Shown one piece after another: positions 37,719 through 49,562 of a stretch of 64,000 nt of DNA (the first letter of the stretch is position 1; each line of letters begins with the position of its first letter). A program made the position numbers and the translations under genes. This stretch comes from Takakia lepidozioides. Taxonomy: Eukaryota > Plantae > Bryophyta. The stretch is taken from positions 33,356,001 to 33,420,000 of the forward strand of contig CM060734.1 in the NCBI GenBank assembly GCA_030704615.1. Direction: 5' to 3'. The notes beneath the pieces are model-generated. The model worked only from the letters and a program-made list of their open reading frames with translations, was not told the origin of the DNA and made no database searches.

Positions 37719-40196
37719 CTAGCAGATTTTGGCTTTCGAGAAGTCCATTTCCGGATGCTGGCAGCCACCCACAGATGAAGTATAAACATGAGAAATTCAA
37801 ATGAGAAATACAAGCAATAAACCATCTATCCTGCATTAATTTACTTCATTTGAATTCGTGGATACAGGAGATTCTCTCAACAGACTCACTATCACAACAC
37901 ATCATATAATTAAATAATCCCTATCATCCACTTCTTGGTAGAGGGGAGTTGCACACCTGAGACATGAATTTCTTCAGTATATCCTCCTTCTGCTGTTCAT
38001 CACTGGTTGGCAGGCCCATGGCTTTCTGCCTCTGATCATACTGCACACATCGATGATATGGTGAGGTTAAAATGTACTCAGTAGCCTAGGCTCTCCGTGA
38101 CTGACTGGAGACTGGACACTGAACACGAAAGCCGGGACGCATAGTAAAAAGGAACACATGGGATTTTGAGAAAGGGGTTGCTACTGCTATCACTGAAGTC
38201 TTACTCTTGTAGTCAAATCTACTATTGTAAATAGGGTGAACTTTGGCCCTCCAAACTTTGTCCAAAAAGCTCAACACTGTTATATACATTTCACATGAAG
38301 ATTCACCAAGAATTGGGATACAAGAGGGTCACAACCCCTAGTCGATCAAAACACTTTTGCTGCTCATGAACTGGACACCATTGAGTGAATTCGGATCATT
38401 GTTTGAGGTAACCACCATCCAACATTTAACTAAACCAGCAAAAGGTGAGAATCTTGAATCCAACCATCTGTGGCAAAGGAGTCATACTAGTATCAGTCAA
38501 ACAAGAAAGTGCATGTGCACTGATTACAGATTGCTATTGCTTTAAAAACTGTCAATTCTGATTTGCCACAAAGCTTCCATTGTAACAATGTCAAGCAGAA
38601 GGAGACCACATACCATCATCTTCTCGACGGTCTGGCGGGTCTCAGGGTCAAGATCACCCAGTTTGCTGTTTTCTGGCTCCACTTTCTGGGTGTTAATCTC
38701 AGGCTCTCCCTTCACAACAGCCCTCCACCACTCCATCTGGTTGTGCTTCGTCAGCAGAATTGACAGTGTCTTTCCATCCTCTGTACTCCACAGTCAAATC
38801 AGCTCAACATTACAGAAATGAAAGATCAAACATGCTTCCCCACACTTCTCAGTATAATCCCTGCATGTCTGGATGCTTAGAAAAGGGCCGGACGTGGGAT
38901 ACGGAATAGGAGACCAGAAGGCTCATTCCAGGGCATCTGAAGTGAATTGTTTCTGAGTAGCTGATTTCATCCATGAAGTTCTTGTACATAGCATTATATT
39001 GATGCAAACCCAAACTTCACACCAATAGAGGCCAAAGTCCTCATAGTGAATGAAGCTGGACGATTTCTCTGTGATGGTAGCATTTGTAAAAACCATCTGA
39101 GATACAACAAGGATGGAAATTACCTAGACTCCAGAAACAGTCATCCGCCTTCACTGGATTGTAAAGCTCCCCCTACATCAAAGATAAATTTGGAAATTGT
39201 AAGCGCCACTGGCATTGCACTCAGCACTCACAGCCCCAGTATGACACATTCAGCTCTGTCGAAACTAAAGAGAGGCAAGAGCTCACCTCTAAAACAGGAG
39301 GCTGACCCTTGAGACCTGCCTTGAGATGCTTCTTCTTGATCTCACACAGGATTGCCCTAGACTTCGTGCCCTCCGGCACAGGAAGGAGCACTGTCACTTC
39401 CGAAAGAGATTGTGTCCACGAATACTTTTCGTAGTCCGCCCCATTTCCAGCGTTCGGCTCTAGATGATCCAAAACAACCACGTTCATCAATGCACCGTCC
39501 ACTCCTTCACTGTTACGACAATTACAACAAGGCAAAAGAAATTACTAAGAGAAATTACGGATGACTAAGAGGTGGAAACGGGAACGTACTCAAGCCCTTT
39601 CCTTGTGTCTCCTCATCATCCTCATTTGGCTCCTCCACCATACTATCTGCTGCCGACTTCTTCTCCAAAGAATTTACTGCTGTCGAGTCGTCCACTTTAC
39701 TTGGTGTCCTAGACATTTCCTCTTTCTCAATTGCGCGGGGCTCCTCGACACGGGCAGTACCTTCTTGCTTTGCTGGGGCCGCTTGCGGAGGTGTTGAAAC
39801 CTTTTTAACGGCAGGATGCGGTACCGGGCTTTCATCGATTTTAGCGACTTTTCCGGGAGCTCCAGAAGTATCGTCCTCAGAGTAATCCCGCCTCCGCTTG
39901 GCAGCAGTAATAATATTCAACACCCGGCTTTCGACCCCGTCCTGCTTGGCCAGATCGGTCTCCCTCAGCAGAAACTCAACCACAGTCGTAAGAAGTTCCA
40001 GGGGATTCTGCCTGTGCTCTTTCAGAAGGTAACCCAACACCTCATCATGTGGTCTTTCACTGCCGGTGGCATCCGCTGGCCGCGACGAGTGTGGATCCGG
40101 CGGATCCTTACTCTCCTGAGCCAATGCCCCATCCGCTTGCACCTTCGCACTCTGTTGTGCCTCGCTCTCGTCCTCGTACTCTGATATCACAGCCAT
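37719..40196 (-). CDS. BOB1: BOBBER/NudC-domain co-chaperone
   Basis: Exons 40196-39590, 39459-39287, 39172-39124, 38780-38614, 38040-37957, 37757-37719. MAVISEYE start; [87 protein letters not shown]. Confidence 0.96.
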
Positions 40197-40907
40197 GGCT
40201 CTCCGCGCAGTGCGATCCGCAGAAACACGTCCGAAGGAAACGAGAAGCTGAAAGGAGAGAGACGACCTAGACACTAAAATACCGGTGTTCTTCCGGTTCC
40301 CAATAGCGGCTATGACCGGCACAAGCTTCCAAAGGCGCTCTAGCGCAGCAGCTGGGCACGGGCAACAGCCGGTAGCAGTGAGAGGACTTTCCCGCGTTGA
40401 TTGGAACGTTCGCGACTCTCGTCGCTAAACCTAACCCTAGCGGCCACTTCACGTTCCAAAAAGTAACCGTTTAATGCGTTACTAAACCACACCGCGGTTT
40501 GCTAACCTCTGACCTGAGTTTAGAGGGGGTTGGTTCTGCTACCATTTGTTTCCAACATAGGGGTAATATTCTTAGACCTTAAAAGTTCAATCAAATTGAA
40601 GTGCTTATAGTACCCAGCCATGGCCCTGTTGAGGATTTGAACCTAGCATACTACAGTCCTACCCATGGACTAGCTTATACAAACAATGTCCGCGCTCAAT
40701 TCTTCTTGCTTACGAAAGGGCGGCAAAAGGGTCTTTGTAAAATCGACGGAAATTCCTCATTGTGGAGAGAGCATACTCCAACAAGAATGCTCCATGACCG
40801 GAAGATAATAGAAATAATGTAAGAACTTAATGCACACGTGTAACCTTTGACAGGATGGTACGCCGGTTTCCGACATATCAAATCTTCCTCACCCTATCTT
40901 GACAGTG

Positions 40908-41310
40908 TGTGAAGTTAAATAAACACAGTGTGAAACTATTTAGAATAAAGCTAGTTATTTGTATTTAACACTTGGATTTAGTTCAAGTGTTAAGTCAGGT
41001 GTCAAGTTTAGTTTGACACCTGAACCGTCTTATCTTCACGAGAGCGTCAGTCGTGCGGCTCATCTCTCTCGAGTTGAGCCTGCACGACCGAGCTCCTTCA
41101 CGCTTTAGAATCTGAGTGTGTTTATGTAGGGAGATTAGGTTGTTGTGGGGTGGAGTCCCCATAGCTTGGGGTGCCCCTGGCTTCACTTCTATTTTAGAGA
41201 GTGATGAGTGGTGGTGTTGGTTTTCATGTTTCTTGTGTCAACACTGTGTTCTTAGTTTTCTATCACTCGAGAGAGATGAGCTATCTAGTTTTCTAGTGCT
41301 AAGCTAGATA
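40908..41310 (+). mobile_element. Solo-LTR-like repeat, homologous to 61827-62339
   Basis: Starts TG. Collinear blocks AGTGTGAAACTA, TTATCTTCACG, GGCTCATCT.TCTCGAGTTGAGCC, CCCCAT.GC.TGGGGTGC and TATCACTCGAGA.AGATGAGCT are shared with the reverse complement of the 62 kb copy. Confidence 0.7.
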
Positions 41311-41471
41311 TGATGTCTTTTTTTAAGCACTATTATAATATAACTTGGTAATCTATGCGTCTGCCAGAGGGAAGCGGAGGCATAACACGCTGTGGAAATT
41401 GATGCAGAGCGCAACTTAAGTTACACAAGATGCAGATGCAAGATCAAGCTGATCGAGGTTTTGTGTGTAGA

Positions 41472-41646
41472 GGTGGGCTGGACCTGCTATTTGGGTCTAA
41501 GAAGAAATACGAGGTTGATGTGAGCCCCACCAATGGCCACGCCAAGTTGACGGTTGGAATGCTGCTGGTTTGGATTCGTGACAATCTGCTCAAGGAGAGG
41601 CCAGATGTGCTAGTATTGATCAACGACTGTGACTGGGAGCTTACGG
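41472..41646 (+). pseudogene. URM1: URM1 (ubiquitin-related modifier) pseudogene fragment
   Basis: GGLDLLF...LTVGMLLVWIRDNLLKERPD/VLVLINDCDWEL; lacks the internal ...VRPG segment and the C-terminal STLHGG. Confidence 0.85.
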
Positions 41647-42293
41647 CAGTAATTAGCCAAACCAGCAAGTCGATGGGCTGCAGCCTACTGCACTGTGTGT
41701 ACAATGCTCTGTTGGGAGTTTGAGCACCGAGGCCCACATTCAAGTTTCCCACATCTGCACAAGGGCTGAATACTATGGGCCAGATCCCTCATATGGAGGC
41801 CACATGTGGTTATGATTACATTTTCCATTGGTAGTGGTCAGCCGAATTTGCAACAAAATATTCTTGGGGCATGGGGCAGTCCCTGTACAAATACATAGAG
41901 GCATTCCAGACAGAGAGAGAAGAGACAAAGGTACCCTTCAGTTTAGTGAAGAATCCACTTTGCCAGGCTTGAATTAGGGCTGCTGCTCCTCAGCTCTCTA
42001 TTGATTGATGGCCAGTGTGGAGTGTAGTAGCCTGATAGAAAACAATGCGATGCCCTGCTTCCTTGATTCGGGCGGTGGGGTAACACTTCTTTGACTAGAG
42101 TATGTAGGTATCACGGTGTGCCGCTCCTGTGTATGGGAGACCAGCATCTATGCTAGTTGCACAGCGGCTTCATTCACGGTGAAGTTCTTGATTATGGCTC
42201 CCATAACCGAACCTACCACATTGCCTGATACATCAGTGACTTATTATTGAGGATTGACAGACCGCCTCGGAAAGACCCGAAGATCTCTGGACA

Positions 42294-42850
42294 ACATGTT
42301 GAAGGAATTATCAGAGTTTCATGGGGTTCACGTTGTCGTCTTCCCTTTCCCGATGCAAGGCCACATTGCCCCAGCCATTCAATTTTCGAAGTGCTTGGTG
42401 TGGCGATCTGTCAAATACTTTTCGGGAGACTGGAACACAAGCAGACAAAGGCTTCCTGATGTATCATTCAGAGCGTGTTCTGGAAGCTGCTGGAGTGCGC
42501 GTGAATAGGGTTTATGAATTGGAATCTGGAGCTATTGAAGGCTTACGGAACAGACTTTGTAGCAAGGCAAAGTTGACCCAGGTACCAAGTGTCCTGACAA
42601 TTGGCCCGTTGATGTCATCCATCGACATCGGAATTCGCAAAAACATCAAAAAAGGGGATGAGTGCTTAGAATGGTTAAACAGCCATCCTCCGTCATCTGT
42701 TCTTTATATTGCCTTTGGAACCGTAGCACTACTCACTGCCACACAGATTGATCAGCTAGCTCTCGGACTCGAAGCCAGTGGACAGCAGTTCCTTTGGGTT
42801 TTGAGAGCCCCTGCTAGTAAGCAAGGATCAGAGGCAGATCTGCCACAAAG
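42294..42850 (+). pseudogene. UDP-glycosyltransferase pseudogene fragments
   Basis: HVVVFPFPMQGHIAPAIQFSK and ECLEWLNSHPPSSVLYIAFGT...LALGLEASGQQFLWVLR in different frames, large internal deletion, no PSPG box. Confidence 0.88.
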
Positions 42851-43179
42851 CCAGGCACCTTGCAGAGTGGTCGAGGCACTCGTACTTCCGTGCACTGCAG
42901 CAGGGTTTCCACATAGTCGACGGGCTTGAAGAAAGGTTCCAACTGGGGATCACTCAATTTGGACACTGCTAAGCTAGTGTGTAGGGCTAACTTTGCAGGA
43001 ACTTGCTTGCCAGCTTTACTTCAATGAAACTTGTGAGGGTGCCAAGGTGAGGTGTTGCTAAGGGGAAATGAGCTCCACGACCTCCATCGTCACCACGGTT
43101 TGTGGTAGAAGACGGTTGGGATTCCAAAGCATGGTGAGCTGTTGAACTCAAATGAAATGGAGGGGAACAGCAGGCACGT

Positions 43180-43950
43180 GGCCAGGGAACCTAGGAAACC
43201 ATATAGAACTTAGGGAACCGGGAACCAGTTACCAGATATTTTGGGTGTAACTTTAAATTTTTAAATTTGAAAACCTTTATTAAAAAAAAAAAACCCCCTT
43301 TTGATCTAATTTAAATGATTTAGAGCCTAATTGGTCATATCTTTGTCAAATGGACTCCGTTTGACTCAGTTTAGGGGGTATAGCTGCTGAAAGGGAAAAT
43401 CTACCTATCTAGACCTGGTTTTAGTTTTTTGGACTCTGCTAAAAATCTATGGAATTTTTTGAGTGTGAGTGTGCCATGAAAGATCCACAATTCTTTTTCT
43501 AGAATTTTGTGTGGTCTACATGAGAGATAAATCTGGGGATGTACTCCTTGTATGGCTGGGGGAAATAAGGACGTAATTGAAGGGCAGGTCTCTTCTCTTA
43601 GCCTGTGCACCCAAGGGGACAAGATTTATGTTTCTCAAGGAACTCAGACTGATTTGAGTGAAGAACAGTTGGACGAGTTGATTGCATACTTGGAGTCGGG
43701 CATTAGCAGTAGACAACAAACTGTTGTAGTTGGCGTTGAGGGCCTCAATATTGCTTTGGACAGTCAGAACTCTGTTGGAGCCAGCAGTTCTGCAGCTGTA
43801 GGTGAAATACCAAAATGGGTGAAAGCTAGGCTTGGAACACAGCCAAAGACAGCCCCGGGGACCAAGGTGTTCAGCCACAAGGCCGTGGTATACTGGAGCA
43901 GAGGAGCAGGAGCTACACAAGTTTGTGCAATCAGACATGGTTGCAGCCGG
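43180..43950 (+). mobile_element. Possible hAT 5' end remnant
   Basis: CAGGG start with clustered GGAACC/GAAACC motifs (43180-43226); downstream frame KWVK...GTKVFS...ATQV is only weakly BED-finger-like and lacks the Cys pair. Confidence 0.25.
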
Positions 43951-44679
43951 ACACGCTCTATACGAGGCAACCACGAGAGGGGGGTTATTAGCAATGAAAA
44001 GTTTATGCTGCTTGAAGGAGATGCAGTCATTCGCAATGAGGACACCCACAACCGTCTCAAAGCTTTCGAGTTGAGAGACTGTCAGACCCTACCTTTATTT
44101 TCTTTAGTGTTCAGTGAGCGGGAGATAGGGGAGTATTGTTTTGTCTCTACCTGGCAGAAAGAGGAGGAGGGTCTTGCTTGGTCGGGCTTCTATTCTTCCC
44201 CTCCCTCTCTTTACTATTTTCATTATTTTGTACTTGTAGTTGCCAAAGCCTCTCTTGGTGGAGGCCAGTCAGTCCGGGGTTTTGGGCTGGGATATTCTGT
44301 AGTATCAGCATTGCAGATAGATTTTGGTGTGGGGGTGTTGATGTTTTGATTTCTTGTGTTTGGATCCCCCCCAACACCTGCATGCTTGATTGTGCGTCAT
44401 GTTGGTTTTGTGTGGGCGCTTGCTTTCATAGGGATTAGGCCGGATTTGATCACCGGTCAATCCTAGAGTATGCTGTCGGTGGTGAGGCTGGAGTGATGAC
44501 CAGCAAGACCACCAGTGTTTCTTCTATGGTGAGACTGGGTTGATGACCAGCCAACCATAAGAGTTCTTGCGGTGGATGCAGGTGCAGGTGCCCTGAGCCA
44601 CTGGGATATGACCCTTAAACTGCAACAGGTGCCCACCCGTGTCACTATTGAAATTAGTACTAGAGCCTTATAGTGTCAC

Positions 44680-46190
44680 GTGGGGGAGATGCACATTGTG
44701 AGTGTCATCACGGAGTTATCCAAAGGTTTTGAGGGGAGTACGGCTACAAGCAGTAACAGTGAGAGTGGGTTCACAAGACAAGGTATTCGGTTCAGACCAC
44801 CTTCACCTCCACCCTCAACTAGTGCAGAGTCAGACACAGACTCGGAGGCTTTATCAACAGGTGTGCAATTTCATTTGCCATTGTTGTGGGACGACATGGA
44901 GGAGATGTATGGAGCTATCAAGGGGCCTCGTAGGTATTCTGGAGCTGTGGGCACAATTGAGCTGGATGACTTTATCCAGGAGTTCGACAGTTGGTGTGAT
45001 TTGCAGCAGATGCGCAATCCACAGCTGTTCACCCCATTCATGGCGTGGAAGGGACTGTTCCAGCATTTGAAAGGCCCGCCTATGGACGATTACCACGAGT
45101 TCAGGCGAGAACATGAAGCAGAGATTGAGGAGTGGAGGATGTATTGGTCACCTGACTACGTCTCCATTACTCGAGGCACGACGCGACCAGTAGCTGCATC
45201 AGCACCAATATCTCTCACTGCCAGCACTAGCAGTGGAACAAGTAGTGTCGGTACTTCTACATGTGGTACCAGTTCAAAAGGTGCTACTACTCCTCCTGCC
45301 ACGACTACAACACATGTGCCTAGATTCAACCCGGTGGTGGAGTTCTTCCAGGAGTTGCGGAGGACTACCAAGGTGTACGGACAGAGAAGCTGCGAAGTTT
45401 GCAAGACTTCCAGCGCAAACCCAGTGAGCCTGCGAGAGGCGTACACTCGTATGAGGCGCTTGATAAGTGTGACCCAAGGGGTTACTGAAGCTCAGGAAAT
45501 CCAGTTCTGGTATGGAATTTTGGACAAGGAGCTCAGGAGAAGGGTGCGGGATACAACCCTGTTACAAGCAGCCCAACCCACATTAGCAGATGTGTTTCTG
45601 CTGGCTGAGCGGATTGAGCTCAACATGGTGGAGGAGCGAGTTGTTACCATTGGATTTGGCAAAGACATGTCTGCACGAGGCGCAGCTGCCAGCCCACAGG
45701 CACAACGGACTGCCCAACAGCGTGATCAGGGGGGCAAGGTTTCCCAACCCAAATTTCATGGAGCTTACAGGGGACCTCAGGTGCAGAGGCCAGTAGCATC
45801 TTTTGCAAGCCAACAACAACCAGGGGTGATATGTTGGACATGTGGAGGACCCCATGTCAAGAGAGATTGCCCAGAGAGTGACAAAAGGCCGACACAAGCA
45901 CAGTCTGCACAGTTGCAGTGTGGGCATTGTGGCAAGTATGGGCATGGAGATGCCCAGTGTTATGACTTGCATCCTGAGTTGCGCCCAGACCAGTTCCAAG
46001 GGAACAATGGTGGCCGGGTGCGAGGTGGACCAGCCCAGAGAGGACGAGGTGGCCGGGCACGAGGTGCAGGCCAAGGGCAAGCTCAACATGGCCAAGTACG
46101 CGGAGGTTAGGGTGTTGACCAAGGCATGGCCAACCGGCTTCAGCAGCTAGAGCAAAGGCTCGCTGCCATGGCTACAGCTCAGGTGGTACC
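44680..46190 (+). pseudogene. Retrotransposon Gag with two CCHC zinc knuckles, truncated before pol
   Basis: IELDDFIQEFDSWCD...SLREAYTRMRRLI, CWTCGGPHVKRDC, CGHCGKYGHGDAQC, RGG-rich tail. Preceded by TAGTACTAGAGCC (~44655), a degenerate match to the iMet PBS TGGTATCAGAGCC. Confidence 0.85.
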
Positions 46191-46200
46191 GGCTCCCAGG

Positions 46201-46945
46201 CCCTTTTTCAAGGCTGCCAGGCTTGCAAACACACAGACGTGATGTGGTCGGGCTTCACCCCTTCCACCATCATTTGCTCATAGGTCTCCAAAGCCTCCAT
46301 CCCGCGCCCGTGCTGTGCATACCCTGCAAGCATCGTGTTCCACGACAACACATTTCATTCAGCCATATTGGTGAACACTAGGCTTCGCATTCTCGATGCT
46401 CCCACATTTGGCATACATGTCCACGGGGCATTGTTCAGAACCCCAAATCTCATTCAGCCATATTGTTGAACACTCCCTCCGCATCCTCAATGCTCCCACA
46501 TTTGGCATACATGTCCATGAGGGTATTGCTCAAAATCACATCTAGTACAATTCCAGCTTTGGGGATGCAACCATGCACCTCTTTGCCCTTTTCCAGGGCT
46601 GCCAGGCTTGCCACACACACTGCAAACGCACACAAACCTAATGTGGTCGGGCTTCACCCCTCCCCAATCATTTGCTCATAGGTCTCCAAAGCCTCCATCC
46701 CGTGCCCCTGCTGTGCCTACCCTGCAAGCATCGCATTCCACGACACCACATCTCGTTCAGTCAGAGTGTGGAAAACTCCCTCCACATTTGGCAAACATGT
46801 CCACCAGGGCAGTGTTCAGGATGACATCTGGGACAATTCCAGCTTTGACGATGTCATCGTGGACCTCTTTCCCCTTTCCCAGAGCTCCCAGGCTTGCACA
46901 CGTATTGCAAACACAAACAAATGTGATGTGGTTGGGCTTCACGTG
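46201..46945 (-). pseudogene. PLS-class PPR gene fragment (~3 P-L-S triplets, frameshifted)
   Basis: KPNHITFVCVCNTCASLGALGKGKEVHDDIVKAG..DVILNTALVDMFAKCG and NTLMDMYAKCGSIEDAEGVFNNM, VVSWN motifs; no E/DYW domain seen. Confidence 0.9.
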
Positions 46946-48179
46946 CCAGTGCCTGGGAATCCTAGAGAGGGGCTCTGCAAACCAAAAGCTCAGCTTGGGT
47001 GAAGTGTAAGTTGAGTGAAGAGGCTGAAAATGATGTGGGTGAAGAGAGGACAATATCAAGCCATGGGGATGGAAGGGCATCCAGCAGCCTTTTAGAAGAC
47101 AAAAAATATAGGGACTAGGCTGGCTTCGAAGACCAATACATTCGTAGCATCATAACTCCAATTTAGTACATGACATGAAGGGGTTCCCCTTTCACAACCC
47201 ACAGAACTGAACCCACAACCTGCGGCAATAGGAACAGGTCCTCCACCAATCAATGTAAATTGTTGTGTACAGTTTTACCAATTGCATAGGTAGTTTCTGT
47301 CCTTGGACAAGCCGGTGAGCCAATGTTGTGCCCTCAGGGAGCTCAACAAGAAAAAAGTTCTCTCCACCACCAATCAACTCTTTCACCACTTGTAAGTTGT
47401 CACCCTTCCGAGTTCACGTCCCCTGCAGGCAGCCACAACCATATCAAACCTCCCTGTGCAAATCTGGGATTTCAATCTACATAGATGGTCTGCTCTTATA
47501 CTGCAGAGTCTGGTATTCCCACCTAATTTCCCTCATCAATCTGAGATGCCTTGCAGGGCCTTTCACAGGCCTAACTGAGGGAAAGCGAGGTACACTGACC
47601 ACTCCCTGTTAATTGCTCTCAAGTGCACAAGTTCACATAGATGTTTGAAAAGCACCCGGACATGAGACATCAGCTATCATAAACCAATGAATCACTTAGG
47701 ACTCATAGCATACCGGCCGTCCCCAAGGCAATTGTGGGCTATAACTGACAAGGTTATGGAAGTCAACCCAAAAATTCCAGAGCCGACAACAACCTCTAAA
47801 CAATGACCTATATGAACACTTGCAGTGGCTCACTGCAGAGGTCATAAACATCTTACCAAGGTGGATGACTTGAAATTCAAACCCCACTTGTTTGGCAGCC
47901 GCTACAAACGCGGTCTCTGCACTTGATGCCTTCGCCAGTGGGATTGGGACTACCTGCATGCCATTTACCAGTAGTACAATACACTTTGAAGGTGGCATAA
48001 TCAAGGATAATTTACTTTATGCATCCCTAAGATTCGCATATCAGGAGCAAGAGAGTCTCATAGAGTCTGTTGCCCTACTGCCTTCTCACACATCATGTTT
48101 TCCTGCCCAACGAGCTCACTTCGAGAATTCAATATGCATCTCAGAACCAAGTTTGATGAGAGGGCAAAACAGGCTGAAA

Positions 48180-48680
48180 TAGGTCGAAGAAGGCTCATAT
48201 GTCTCCAAAGCATTCCTACCACATCCATGCTTGGTGAATCCTGCCATCATTATATTCAACGTGATCAAACCTCTTTCAGGCATTCTGCTTGGTGTGCATC
48301 CACGATGCTCCTGCACTTCACATATATGTTGACAAGGGTGTTGTGTAGAAAAACATTTGGCTTCAATCCCCATTGGATAATGTGAGGGTGCACCTGCTTC
48401 CCATATTCCAGGCCTTTCATCTTGATGCACTTCTGCAAGAGACAGACATAAGTATCTGAATATGCTGAAATGCTACAATTCCAGCTTTGCCGATGCAACC
48501 ATGGACCTCTTTGCCCTTTTCCAGGGCTGCCAGGCTTGCACACACACTGCAAACGCACACGTCGGGCTTCACCCCTTCCCCCATCATTTGCTCATAGCTC
48601 TCCAAAGCTTCCATCCGGGTTTCCCTGCAAGCATCGCGTTCCACGACACCACATCTCGTTCAGCCTGCATACTGTCGAGC
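48180..48680 (-). pseudogene. Second PLS-class PPR fragment
   Basis: ERDVVSWNAMLAG, CASLAALEKGKEVHG, GKQVHPHIIQWGLKPNVFLHNTLVNIYVKCRSIVDA; DNA near-identical to 46550-46760. Confidence 0.88.
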
Positions 48681-48885
48681 ACTCCCTTAGGATACTCTAT
48701 GCACGCACATTTGACATCGGTTTGACATACATTTCCACCGGGGCAGCTTGCAAGGTGAACGATGGCGGCAAACGCAGAGCTCAAGAACTTCAAACCGGCA
48801 ATCGGGCAGGCTTTGGAAAAACTTGGCGCTTTGGGGTTTTTCGGGCGGGCAATCCGGGCAGTATCCAATACATTTGACAACGATG

Positions 48886-48919
48886 ACGTGGCTACGAAAC
48901 GTGGCGACGATGACGTGGC
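48886..48919. promoter_or_regulatory. Three tandem ACGTGGC (ABRE/G-box-like) motifs
   Basis: ACGTGGC at 48886, 48899 and 48913. Confidence 0.45.
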
Positions 48920-49272
48920 ACTATGGCACCCTATACCTGCTCTACGCTAAACTAGCTTCCGACCTTCAGTCGTCACTAAAATAAATTACTTTAAAAAAAT
49001 AAAAGGAAGAGGAGGCCCTAAAATATATATTTACAGGGGGTGGAAAAAATAACCACCCAACTTGTGAGGCCGTGAAGGGTTACAATGGGGAAACTACCCC
49101 GAGACCCAGAAACGTAGCAAAGAAGTGATTGAGGAACATGAAATAAAATATTAAGGTCTGAGAAATATGACCAGGTAGAAACGATTAAGACATGGTAGAA
49201 ACAGAGAGAAGGGGGAACTAAGAAACAGAGAAAGCTCTTCAGCTACATGAACTGAATGGATCGAGAGATAAT

Positions 49273-49562
49273 GCAAGCATCCCGTCTTTGTAATCATATC
49301 AAGTTATCCAACATTTTGTTGAAGCCCACATCTATCGATGTGAGTAATTTATTGCGTCATATCATTGTGGGATCCACTTAAGCCAAGAATGTCATCATGT
49401 CAAGATATCCAACATTTGTTGAACCCCACATTTGTTGATGTTAATAATTTATTGCGTCACAGGAAAACTCAAGACGCGATCAATTACTCACATCAAGAGA
49501 TGTGGTCTTCAATAAGATGTTGGATATTTTGACATGATAATTACAAGAGATGGAATGCTTGC
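49273..49562. repeat. Fold-back with ~90-bp imperfect arms and an internal third copy
   Basis: 49273-49358 pairs with ~49473-49562; ~49393-49460 is a direct copy of part of the left arm. Confidence 0.85.

Noticed and set aside
40197-40322. Longer N-terminus for BOB1 suggested by the ORF track
   Set aside because: Begins at a non-ATG codon; the family-typical start MAVISEY is at 40196
40426-40440. Telo-box in the BOB1 promoter
   Set aside because: AAACCTAACCCTAG is not a full AAACCCTA match; likely chance
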